Shown here in pieces: positions 9,372-18,580 of a stretch of DNA of 64,000 nucleotides. Numbering within the stretch: the stretch's first letter is position 1; every line of letters begins with the position of its first letter. Source of the DNA: Gemmatimonadales bacterium (GTDB lineage: Bacteria; Gemmatimonadota; Gemmatimonadetes; Gemmatimonadales; GWC2-71-9); NCBI GenBank assembly GCA_041577295.1, contig JBFGJG010000010.1:43681-107680 (forward strand), read 5' to 3'. The translations under genes were made by a program, and so were the position numbers. Under the pieces are notes generated by a model. The model worked only from the letters and a program-made list of their open reading frames with translations, was not told the origin of the DNA and made no database searches.

Positions 9372-11303
9372 CTACAGGTCTCCCGCAAGGGTGAGGTGTC
9401 TGAGCTTTGGTGTCTTTTTCTCCTGGTGTTCTTGCATCCGCCGGAGGATGTGGTGGAGGAGGCGCACTGCCCGTGTGACATACGGTCCCTTATTGAGCAT
9501 CACACATTCCGCTCGCTCGGCCATGGCGGCGTCGGTAATCTCCGCACGGGACGGCACTCCCCTTCGGGCGAGCGTCTCGAGAACCTGGGTTGCCCAGATG
9601 ACCGGAACGTGAGCCGCTTCGCAAAACCAGAGGATCTCTTCCTGGGCCTCGGCCAGCCGCTCCCATCCACACTCGATGGCCAGATCGCCCCGTGCGATCA
9701 TCACGCCAATTGGGTGTGTCCGCATGGCCGCCAGCAAGAGCCTGGGAAGACGCTGTAAGCCGCTCCGCGTTTCGATCTTCAGGATGATCGCCATGTCTTC
9801 ACGGCCTCGCTTCCGAACCTCGTCTTGGAGCCGTATCACGTCGGCGGGCTCGTTTACGAACGAAACGCCGAGACCATCGGCATGCTCTACCACGACGTCG
9901 AGATCCGCCAGGTCCTTATGGGTGAGGTGCCCACGTAGCACGGCATCGGGAAAGTTGATCCCCTTATCGCCGCGAAGCCTGCTCCCACCGGGCCTGGCCA
10001 AGGTGATTTCCACGTGCACCTCGTGATCGTTGGCCGACCGCACGATGCCATGGATCTTGCCATCATCGAACGCCGCCGGATGCTCGGGGGCCAGTTGCTG
10101 GAAGATGTCGGGATAGGTGCACGAGATGTGAGCGGGAGCCAGCACGGTGCCGTCCGCTGCGCGGACGGCTGGCGCTCCGGGCGCAGGGTCGGCGTGCAGC
10201 ACGAGTGTGTCTCCCTCGAACAACACGATCGGGACCTCGGCCGGCGGAAGCTCTCCAATTCTGGTCGTGTGTCCGGGGCCGTTACGCTCCATCAACCGGA
10301 GTTCGATTCCCGTCTCGACATAGGCTGTTTTCCGCGATTCACCCCAAAACCCATCGTTGACCGTTGCCACGACCTTGACTTTGCGGTGCGAGCCACGGGC
10401 GTCGAGAAACTCAATGGCGTCGCCCGTGTGAACATGTGAGACCCAGTCGGACGTAACGGGAACGACCGCATCGGCGGGCACATCGCCAGGTGGGGCGACA
10501 CCGGGAGGCGCGAACCAGATCCGGGCCGGTGATTGGACCTGTCCACGGACATCTCGCTTGGGACGCCACCTCATAACTCGCGGTCCGGGCTCCACCGGAC
10601 CGGTCCTCACCTTCGCACCGGCGAGGTCCATGAAGATCTTGCAGCTATAGCCTGTTTCCGCTGTGGCTCGCTCGATGTGCTCGACCATACGAGTCCACGC
10701 CGCCTGGTCATCGTGCGCGCAGTTGATGCGGGCGCAGTTCATACCGGCCGTGACCAGGTCTCGCACCAATCGATAGTCGCGCGCGGCTTCCGTCGGCAAC
10801 GTCACCATGATTCGGACGCTTCGGCCCTTTGGTGCCTCGCCCAGCAGTGCGAGCGTGTTCGCCTTCAGCAGCGCAGCACCCTCATAATAGGTGACGGCCG
10901 GATCGGGCTGCAGATCGTCGGTCGGGCGCTGTCCCGCCGCCCGTTCCAGCGCGCGGCGCACCGCGTAGACGGTTGCCAGGGCGTGTGCTTCGGAACGACC
11001 CAACGATGAGAGGCCAAGCGCACCGAGTCGGCGCTGGATGCCGCGGAGGTCGAAATGACGGAGTGCGAGGTACTGCAGGAGGTTCCGCGCCGACTTTTGG
11101 AACGCCGGCGAGACTTCAGCGAGCGTGTCAGCGAACTCGTCTTCGAGCGTCGCCGCTTGGTCTCTGACGCCGTCGAGGTGCTCGATGAGCTCCTTCAGCG
11201 TCTCTTGATCGACGTCGTGATGGGGAGGACTCCGCACGGAAAGCTCCCGGAGGGCTTTGAGCGGTTGAGATAAGAAACCCCACGATTCGCCTGTCTTTGG
11301 CAT
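9372..11303 (-). CDS. Pyruvate kinase-like protein (long form)
   Basis: IMVTLP, GMNCARINCAH, KGINFP, KIET, MIARGDL, WATQVLE and PSRAEITD. Ends right after the barrel, with no C domain. Confidence 0.85.
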   Translation of the reverse strand: MPKTGESWGFLSQPLKALRELSVRSPPHHDVDQETLKELIEHLDGVRDQAATLEDEFADTLAEVSPAFQKSARNLLQYLALRHFDLRGIQRRLGALGLSSLGRSEAHALATVYAVRRALERAAGQRPTDDLQPDPAVTYYEGAALLKANTLALLGEAPKGRSVRIMVTLPTEAARDYRLVRDLVTAGMNCARINCAHDDQAAWTRMVEHIERATAETGYSCKIFMDLAGAKVRTGPVEPGPRVMRWRPKRDVRGQVQSPARIWFAPPGVAPPGDVPADAVVPVTSDWVSHVHTGDAIEFLDARGSHRKVKVVATVNDGFWGESRKTAYVETGIELRLMERNGPGHTTRIGELPPAEVPIVLFEGDTLVLHADPAPGAPAVRAADGTVLAPAHISCTYPDIFQQLAPEHPAAFDDGKIHGIVRSANDHEVHVEITLARPGGSRLRGDKGINFPDAVLRGHLTHKDLADLDVVVEHADGLGVSFVNEPADVIRLQDEVRKRGREDMAIILKIETRSGLQRLPRLLLAAMRTHPIGVMIARGDLAIECGWERLAEAQEEILWFCEAAHVPVIWATQVLETLARRGVPSRAEITDAAMAERAECVMLNKGPYVTRAVRLLHHILRRMQEHQEKKTPKLRHLTLAGDL

Positions 11304-11572
11304 GATTCAACCTGTACACAAACCATGGGCCATCGAGCGTGAAGGATAGGATGAAGTTTATTTGAACGTTCCTTACCGGCACTCGAATACCAGCTGGTCT
11401 CATTCGGGTAAGTTCTGAGACAGTGTCTCTGTCGCCTCCGTGTTTCCCCAGCAGGGATCCACAGGTATGGTTGCAGTTGAGGGTGCCGAGGGGAACGGAG
11501 AGGTCACGCGGGCAGAAAATGGTTGCACGGCGAGGCCGATCGATAGCGAAAATGAGCTGCTTGGGGGAGTTA

Positions 11573-14065
11573 TCACGGTGGAGGCGGCGCCGGCAGCTGG
11601 TCCAGCACAAAGCGCACGGCTAGATCGGTCACGTTCCACAGCTGGATGTCCGAGCTGGTCCCGTAGCGCACGGGCCGCAAAACGCCGTTGTCGATCCGGT
11701 AACTCCACAGCTCGTTATGGCGCAGTCCAGAAGCCTCGACGGCCTCCAGGGTGGCCTCGAGAAGATCCCACAGCGTTCTCACATACGTTCGCGGGGCTTC
11801 ACTGTCGTCTCGCAGCCGTCCCGATGCGTCGTACGCCGCGGCAATCTGACGCCCAAGGCCGAGAAACAGGAGATTGACCTCGCGGCCCCACACCACGCGC
11901 GGTGAATGATACAGGTCGTCGCGAAACTGCTGCTGGACCGTTGCGCTGGCGTACACGTCGTTCACGACGAGGGGTCCGAGGCCGTCAACCAAGAGGCCCA
12001 CCGGATACGGCCGGCCAATGACGTCGACCATCCGGAGCACCGTAGCCGTCTCGACCGTTCCATTCAGAATCAGGTCGGTGTAATCCTCCAGAAAGAGATC
12101 GGTCGCCGGGTCGGTGTTAGTCGCTGGGATCGGTCGACCTTCGTTATCGAGTGCGACTGCGAGGACCCACAACGGCGTTTGCGCGGCACCGTCTTGCTCG
12201 AATCGGGTTCGCCAATAGCTGCGTCCGCGTTCACCCATGGCTTCCAACGCCTTCGCCACGTGCTCGCGGATGACGTCCGGTGTGAAGCGCACCTCGAAGT
12301 GACGGCGTGCGCCGCGCCACGTGGTGATCGCCGACTGCAGGGTGGCTGGATCGTCGAGGTATCGAACGAGTGCCGCAGGGTTCGCTGGCACCCGTGATAC
12401 CGCGCTGCGGGTTGGCAGGTCGAGCTCCTCGAGTTTCTGAAGGATGCGCTGTGTCGCCTCCAACGCCTTGGGAACCCAGACGGCGTTGACGTCCATGGCA
12501 AACCGGCCGTTCCCGTACCCAACGCGACTGTCACGCCAGCTCCCGGGGAGCCAGCCTTTGTCGTCGCGGTGGAGGAAGCCAACCAGGTTGGTCGCTGTTG
12601 GCTCTTCGACATAGGGGCGGGAAAGCGCAGCTACGAGTGCGAGGTTCCGCATGAGCGCGTCGACCCGCGGCAAGCCATTCGCCCCGGTCTCGCTGAGGAA
12701 GCGCCGCTTCCTGGAAGCCGGTGCATCGACACGCGCGAGGTATCGGTCGACGAGCACCGCGAGCTGAAAGTCATCGTCGATCATGTGATAGTTCTCTCGC
12801 ACCGCTTGCAGGTTTGCCAGTAGGTCACGCGCAGCGGCGAGGTGCTCTCTGGCGGCGGCCTCGTCGCTCTCGCGGGCCTCCTCCCACGCGCGTATGTGCG
12901 CACTGTACTCAGCGGCGTTCTCGCGAATTGCCTGGCCGCCCAGCGCCTCCTCATGGCTCACGTCACCTGACGGCGCCACCTTCCCGAGCACGCTGGCGAT
13001 CACATGCTCCTGCAGGTCCACCGACGAAATCGGTTCGAGCATGAGCGCCGCCATCATCATGTCGCGACCAAAGTAGGTCGCGTAGTTGGGCATCGATGCC
13101 ATGAGCTTCTCCTCGAAGCTCAACAGCTCGAGACCGCGGATCTCCCGTTCGAGACGCCGAAAGGAGGCCACGCGCGAGTCCAGCGTAGGCGGGGACGAAG
13201 ACAACGTGCGCACGCTATCTGCAATCCGCTTCTGACGTTGGTAGAACGCGTCGAACGCCGAGTTGAATATCTCGGCACGGTCGAGCGGTGTCAGCACTGG
13301 AGCGTCCGTCGTTACGGTGATGTCGAACTGGATTCCACCACCGGAGCGAGCGCGGATCGAGAGGACCCCATTCGTGACGCTGGCCGTCGTCTCCCGCGTA
13401 TCGCCCCGCAGTTCGAGCGTCATCTCGTTCCGGCCGTCCAGAGTCCTCTGCTGGACCGAGGCGATCCAGCCAAGCGCCTCACGGGTCATGGACACGTGGG
13501 GATGCACCCGCGAGCGCAGCTCGGCCACGTCGGTGGCGTTCAACAGAGCCAGATGACGTTGCCGCTCCGCCGGACGGACTCGTTCCAAGTCATCGATGAG
13601 ATCCGTCAGCTCCTTCAGGGAGAACGCCTCGTCGCCGTAAGGACGCTTGTGCCATTGCCAATACTGGAAATCGCGTTCCTGACGCATCGTGCCCAGCACG
13701 AACCAACCGATCTCGAGTGCATCCAAGGGGGACTCGAGCCGGTGGCGCATGGCGCGGCGGCGGCCATCGAAATGGGGTGCCGCACCGGGTCCACCCCACG
13801 CCAACGGTGCTGGCTCGCCCGACGGCCCGCGTACGGTAAACGCCGCGCTGGCGTTCGAGGCGTCTGCCCACACATGCACCACGCGCCCACTCCGAGTGTC
13901 CAGATAGACTTGAAAGGGGTTGCGATGCGAGTCTCGAAAGAAGCGAGTCGAGTACCCCTCATACGCCGCGGGATCGTCCAATTCCGGCTCGGGGAACTCG
14001 AGAATCGGTGTCTGTACGACTTGAAAAAGAGCCTGTGTTACAATGAGCGATGCGAGCACATGCAT
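11573..14065 (-). CDS. Putative amylo-alpha-1,6-glucosidase-like ((alpha/alpha)6) glycoside hydrolase
   Basis: YFGRD, WRDS, YHSPRVVW, ELWSY and QLW occur in the same order as GDE_C motifs (FGRD/WxDS/YHxGxVW/E/QAW). Start placed at MHVLAS. Confidence 0.55.
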   Translation of the reverse strand: MHVLASLIVTQALFQVVQTPILEFPEPELDDPAAYEGYSTRFFRDSHRNPFQVYLDTRSGRVVHVWADASNASAAFTVRGPSGEPAPLAWGGPGAAPHFDGRRRAMRHRLESPLDALEIGWFVLGTMRQERDFQYWQWHKRPYGDEAFSLKELTDLIDDLERVRPAERQRHLALLNATDVAELRSRVHPHVSMTREALGWIASVQQRTLDGRNEMTLELRGDTRETTASVTNGVLSIRARSGGGIQFDITVTTDAPVLTPLDRAEIFNSAFDAFYQRQKRIADSVRTLSSSPPTLDSRVASFRRLEREIRGLELLSFEEKLMASMPNYATYFGRDMMMAALMLEPISSVDLQEHVIASVLGKVAPSGDVSHEEALGGQAIRENAAEYSAHIRAWEEARESDEAAAREHLAAARDLLANLQAVRENYHMIDDDFQLAVLVDRYLARVDAPASRKRRFLSETGANGLPRVDALMRNLALVAALSRPYVEEPTATNLVGFLHRDDKGWLPGSWRDSRVGYGNGRFAMDVNAVWVPKALEATQRILQKLEELDLPTRSAVSRVPANPAALVRYLDDPATLQSAITTWRGARRHFEVRFTPDVIREHVAKALEAMGERGRSYWRTRFEQDGAAQTPLWVLAVALDNEGRPIPATNTDPATDLFLEDYTDLILNGTVETATVLRMVDVIGRPYPVGLLVDGLGPLVVNDVYASATVQQQFRDDLYHSPRVVWGREVNLLFLGLGRQIAAAYDASGRLRDDSEAPRTYVRTLWDLLEATLEAVEASGLRHNELWSYRIDNGVLRPVRYGTSSDIQLWNVTDLAVRFVLDQLPAPPPP

Positions 14066-14270
14066 TCGCCGAAACCGTCCTGAGTTGTGCAAAAGGTAAG
14101 ATGAGTGCCAATAATGTACCTGGCAGTTCAGACCTCCGCGACACATTGCCTCCCGAAGCGTTGGGGTCCACCAGCCTTCTCCAATGTTCCGGTTCAAGAT
14201 TCTTGTCGGCGAAGGGCACCGAGACTACGTTGTTCGCCTCACACTCCATGATCGAGCTGAGGTTTCCTAG

Positions 14271-15911
14271 ATGCGGATGCACCACATTGTTGTCAGCGCG
14301 TTGGGCACGACGATCCTCTGGCCAGCCACCCGGAGTGCCGCACAAGAGTCTTCCAGCACTACGGCTGCCGACTGGACGCGCGGGGCCGTGTGTTACGAGA
14401 TCTTTGTCCGCTCTTTTGCAGACAGTGACGGCGATGGCGTAGGCGACCTGCGAGGGCTGATACAGAGGCTCAACTACATCAATGACGGCGATCCGGACAC
14501 GCAACGCGATCTGGGCGCACGCTGCATCTGGCTGATGCCCGTGGCACAGTCGCCGAGCTATCACGGTTACGATGTCATCGACTACTACCGCATTGAGCGT
14601 GACTACGGCACCAACGACGACTTCAAGCTTCTGGTTTTCGAAGCGCACAAACGAGGCATTCGAGTGCTCGTGGACCTCGTGCTCAATCACGCATCGAGCG
14701 AACATCCGTACTTCAAGGACGCGTTGCTCAACCCCAACTCTCCGTACCGCGAGTGGTTCTTGTGGTCACCGACCGATCCGGGGACTCAGGGCCCGTGGGG
14801 TCAGCAGGTTTGGCACCGATCCCATGTCCGCGATGAGTACTACTACGGGATTTTTTGGGGTGGTATGCCGGACTTGAACTACGACTCGCCAGCCGTTCGG
14901 GAGGAAGCGAAGAGAATCGCCACCTTCTGGCTTGACGAGCTCGGTGCCGACGGGTTCCGGCTCGATGCCGTCAAGCATCTGGCAGAGGAAGATTACGGTC
15001 GCATTGCCGAACACGTTCCCGCGACCCACAACTTCCTCCGCGAGTTCGCCACGCATGTGCAACGTACCGAACCGGACGCGTTCACGATTGGCGAGGTGTG
15101 GGATAGCATCGGTGCCATGTTGCGGTACTATCCGGATCAGTTAGACGGCTACTTTGCCTTCGAAGCCTCCGAAGCGATCATGGAGTCCGTACGCGCTGGC
15201 TCGGCGACGAGGCTACTGGACCCATTCCTACGGCTGCAACGCGAGCTGCCGGCTCACCGCTGGTCACCGTTTCTCCGCAATCACGATCAGACCCGAACAG
15301 TCACCGCGCTCGGCGGCGACATCGCAGGTGCGAGGGTCGCGGCCACGCTGTTGCTCACGTTACCGGGTCTGCCCTTCGTGTACTACGGTGAGGAGATCGG
15401 GATGAGCGGAGACAAACCGGATCCGCGGCTTCGTACGCCGATGCATTGGCGCCGGCAGCCGGGCGTGGGTTTCACCGAGGGGCTGGCGTGGGAGCCCCTC
15501 CAACCGGACTCGTTCACCGCAAACGTCGCAGCCCAGGACGATGATCCCGCGTCGCTGCTCAACCTCCATCGCCGGTTGATCCATCTCCGCAGTGCCCACC
15601 CCGCTCTTGGCACGGGCGAGCTGATTCCGCTCAGAGCCACTCATGATGCGGTAGCGGCGTATCTCCGGCGAGACAACGACCGAACAGTCCTGGTGGTCGC
15701 CAACCTGGGTACGGCAGCGCTAACGAACGTCGCGGTGTCTTCGGAGCCGCGCGCCGTGACTGCTGGGGAGTACAACGTGCGAGGCCTCCTCGATAATTCG
15801 CGCGGTCCATCGCTGCGAGTAACGAGGAACGGGCGTATCGAAAACTACGTTCCAGCGCCCTCGCTCCCCCCCCTCGAGGTCCTGCTGTTGGATCTAGTAC
15901 CCGGGAGATAG
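14271..15911 (+). CDS. Secreted GH13 alpha-amylase
   Basis: Sec signal ending SAA-Q; YEIFVRSF, SYHGYD, DLVLNH, GFRLDAVKH, GEVW and FLRNHD. Confidence 0.92.
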   Translation: MRMHHIVVSALGTTILWPATRSAAQESSSTTAADWTRGAVCYEIFVRSFADSDGDGVGDLRGLIQRLNYINDGDPDTQRDLGARCIWLMPVAQSPSYHGYDVIDYYRIERDYGTNDDFKLLVFEAHKRGIRVLVDLVLNHASSEHPYFKDALLNPNSPYREWFLWSPTDPGTQGPWGQQVWHRSHVRDEYYYGIFWGGMPDLNYDSPAVREEAKRIATFWLDELGADGFRLDAVKHLAEEDYGRIAEHVPATHNFLREFATHVQRTEPDAFTIGEVWDSIGAMLRYYPDQLDGYFAFEASEAIMESVRAGSATRLLDPFLRLQRELPAHRWSPFLRNHDQTRTVTALGGDIAGARVAATLLLTLPGLPFVYYGEEIGMSGDKPDPRLRTPMHWRRQPGVGFTEGLAWEPLQPDSFTANVAAQDDDPASLLNLHRRLIHLRSAHPALGTGELIPLRATHDAVAAYLRRDNDRTVLVVANLGTAALTNVAVSSEPRAVTAGEYNVRGLLDNSRGPSLRVTRNGRIENYVPAPSLPPLEVLLLDLVPGR

Positions 15912-15912
15912 C

Positions 15913-15930
15913 GCCACGGAGCACACAGAG
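15913..15930 (+). repeat. Dispersed 18-nt element GCCACGGAGCACACAGAG (copy 2)
   Basis: Lies immediately after the amylase stop codon, between convergent genes. Confidence 0.6.
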
Positions 15931-15969
15931 GGGACGGAAGGGCGAGCGGGGTTACGGGGGTAGAGCCCC

Positions 15970-16848
15970 TTAGACGGTGCAGAGCTCGATTGCCGCGCGG
16001 AGGCCCACGATGGGATCTCGTGTCGGAATAAACTCGTGCGCAAACCAGCCATCGAATGGGAGATCGGCAATCGCGCGCGCGATGCCGATGTAGTTGAGCT
16101 CCTGCATATTGTCCAGCTCGTGTCGGCCCGGCACTCCTGCGGTGTGAAAGTGGGCGATGTGCTCGCGATGCGTTCGAATCGTGCGGATTACATCGCCCTC
16201 CATGATCTGCATGTGGTAGATGTCGTACAGCAGTTTTACTCGCGGTGAGCCCACAGCCTCCATGACCCGTACCCCGAACCATGTGCGATCGCCGTGGTAA
16301 TCCGGGTGGTCCACTCTGCTATTGAGCAGCTCAATACAAACGGTCACGCCCTCCTGCTCGGCCAGCGGTGCGATCGTGGAGAGCGCCCTCACACACGCAT
16401 CGATACCCTCAGCATCGCTACGGCCGTTACGGTTGCCAAACATGCCGATCACGTTTGGCACGCCATGCCGCGCGGCGAGGGGGAGGGCTCGCTCGAGCTC
16501 ACCCAGGAGCAGGCGGTGATTGGCGGGATCGTTGAGTCCGCGGGTAATGAAATCGCTGCGCACCGCCGGATATCCCATGGAACAGATTAGGCCGTGATCG
16601 GCGGCGACCGTCCACTCCTCCGGTGCGAGAAGGTCGATCGCGCTCAACCCGGCATCGCGCACGGCGCGGCAAAACTGAGGGAGCGGAATGTCGGCAAACG
16701 GCCAGCGGCACACCGACTGGCGCAGGCGTCCAGGGCCCGCGGCGCGAGAGATGGTCGATCCCATCAGTGACCGGCCAGCTGCGGCGGTTGCGACACCAGC
16801 CACGGCGCTCGCGCCCACGGCCTTCAAGAAGTCGCGTCGGCCGTTCAT
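15970..16848 (-). CDS. Tat-exported hydroxypyruvate-isomerase/xylose-isomerase-like TIM-barrel protein
   Basis: MNGRRDFLK twin-arginine signal; ELLNS.VDHPDY, LLYDIYHMQIMEGD, HFHTAGVPGRHE and AHEF. Confidence 0.85.
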   Translation of the reverse strand: MNGRRDFLKAVGASAVAGVATAAAGRSLMGSTISRAAGPGRLRQSVCRWPFADIPLPQFCRAVRDAGLSAIDLLAPEEWTVAADHGLICSMGYPAVRSDFITRGLNDPANHRLLLGELERALPLAARHGVPNVIGMFGNRNGRSDAEGIDACVRALSTIAPLAEQEGVTVCIELLNSRVDHPDYHGDRTWFGVRVMEAVGSPRVKLLYDIYHMQIMEGDVIRTIRTHREHIAHFHTAGVPGRHELDNMQELNYIGIARAIADLPFDGWFAHEFIPTRDPIVGLRAAIELCTV

Positions 16849-16873
16849 AACGCCTCCGTCCCACGACACATGG

Positions 16874-18580
16874 TCAGGTGCCGCACGTTGAGGGGAGCCC
16901 GCGCGCGGCGGGCGGCGCCGCACGCTGCTGCGCGGCAAACGCCAGCGCGACGCCGTTGGACCATCCGAATCCGTCCTGTGTCGGGTACTCGCCGCCACCA
17001 GCACGTCTGTCCGCGTCGACCACGTCGTATTTCTCGGTCATCTTGCCCGTCGACTGGAACGTGCGCCGGTTGAGGGCGAGCCAGCGGTCTCGCGCCGTTT
17101 CCGCGATTGTCGTCTGATCGTAGCGACACAGTCCCTGTACCGTGAGCCACTGCAGCGGTGGCCACCCGTTCGGCGCGTCCCACTGTTGACCCGACGCGAT
17201 GAGCGTGGTCACAAAACCGCCCGAGGACAGGAAGTCTCTCTCGAGCCGCTCGGCAACGTCGCGGGCCTGGTCCGGGGTAGCTAGCCCAAAGTAAAGCAGG
17301 GCAGCGGCGGCCAGGGTTGGTCGATCGACCACGCGCTCACCCGTACGCCAGCGGACATCGTAGAAGTAGCCGCTGTCGGGATCGTATGCCGCTGCGACCA
17401 ATCTCCGTCGGCGGCTCTCGGCTGCGTCTGCAAATCGTTGTGCCATCTCTCGATCGCCGGTCTCTCCGCGATACGCTCTGAGCGCCGCGATCGTTCGCTC
17501 CCCATGATAGAGCAGGCTATTGAGATCAATTGGGATCAGGGTCGTCGTTTCGAGCGAGCGCAGATCGGACGGGTCACGCATCCAACGACTCGAAAAATCC
17601 CATCCGCTCTCTGCGGCGGCGCGGAGGTTTCGGTACAACATCTCGCGCCGCGCCGCCGGCAGCGACTGGCCAAGCTCGTAGTCCTCACGATACGACTCCG
17701 GCCGGGGCGCCGGCCGGTCGTCCCAGTAGCGGTTGAGGATTGATCCGTCAGCCAGTCGCACCACCCGCCGCCACGCCGAACCTGGTGCGAGCTGTTCTGC
17801 CCCGGTCATCCAGAACGCGTGCTCTGCCTCGAGGGCTTCGAGGTAGGCCAACGCTCGCGAGCTGTCCGTGGCAGACGCGTACAACCCCACCATGGCAGCA
17901 AAATACGGCGGTTGGCTGCGGCTCAAGTAGTATGTTCGATTGCCGTTCGGTATGTGACCGACTGTGCGGATCAAATACGCAAAATTGTCGAGCATGTTCT
18001 CGACGAGGTCCGTCCGGCCGCTCTCCACCAGGCCCAGCATGGTGAAGTAGGAGTCCCAGTAATAAACCTCGCGGAAGCGACCTCCCGGCACCACGTACGC
18101 GTTGGGCAGTGGGATCAGCGAGGAGTAGGGATCCAACGCATCTGGCGTTCTGGTGAGTGCCGGCCAGAGCGCGCGAATGTGCTCCTCCATCGTCCGTGAC
18201 ATGTCGGTGCGAACGCCCTCGCCCGCGCGTTGGGGCAGTTCGAAATGCTCTTGAACGAATGCCCTCAAGTCGAAACGGGCGTTGGTGCGGGCACTGGCAT
18301 AGCGAGTGGCAATCTGGGACGGAGGCGATACGGGGCGGGCGTCCACGAACGTCTTCGAGTCCTCGAACACGCGCCCGAGCTGAATGTCTTGGAAGAGTGA
18401 TCCGAGGTCACGTGATGGATCGTAGCGCGTGGCCGGAGCAGCTGGCGCACTCGTGCCAGCCGGTGCGGCGGTGCGACATCCGATGGCAATGAGAACCGCA
18501 AGCAGGCAGGTGAAGGCTGTTCGACTTCCAGCCCAGGGTATCTGACGCATGCGCGCCCCCCGCCAAAGCGCATTCATCAT
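16874..18580 (-). CDS. treA: GH37 alpha,alpha-trehalase (lipoprotein)
   Basis: DSKTFVD, PGGRFREVYYWDSYF, RSQPP, AESGWDFSSRW, QWDAPNGWPP and QDGFGWSNG; lipobox IAIGC. ATG 18580 overlaps the symporter stop (ATGA); 18550 is the alternative start. Confidence 0.93.
   Translation of the reverse strand: MMNALWRGARMRQIPWAGSRTAFTCLLAVLIAIGCRTAAPAGTSAPAAPATRYDPSRDLGSLFQDIQLGRVFEDSKTFVDARPVSPPSQIATRYASARTNARFDLRAFVQEHFELPQRAGEGVRTDMSRTMEEHIRALWPALTRTPDALDPYSSLIPLPNAYVVPGGRFREVYYWDSYFTMLGLVESGRTDLVENMLDNFAYLIRTVGHIPNGNRTYYLSRSQPPYFAAMVGLYASATDSSRALAYLEALEAEHAFWMTGAEQLAPGSAWRRVVRLADGSILNRYWDDRPAPRPESYREDYELGQSLPAARREMLYRNLRAAAESGWDFSSRWMRDPSDLRSLETTTLIPIDLNSLLYHGERTIAALRAYRGETGDREMAQRFADAAESRRRRLVAAAYDPDSGYFYDVRWRTGERVVDRPTLAAAALLYFGLATPDQARDVAERLERDFLSSGGFVTTLIASGQQWDAPNGWPPLQWLTVQGLCRYDQTTIAETARDRWLALNRRTFQSTGKMTEKYDVVDADRRAGGGEYPTQDGFGWSNGVALAFAAQQRAAPPAARGLPSTCGT

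Noticed and set aside
13004..14083. Long antisense ORFs (also 30818-31807, 33758-34681, 50705-51730, 52380-53417, 61830-62732)
   Set aside because: Shadow frames of well-supported genes in GC-rich DNA, with no motifs of their own.
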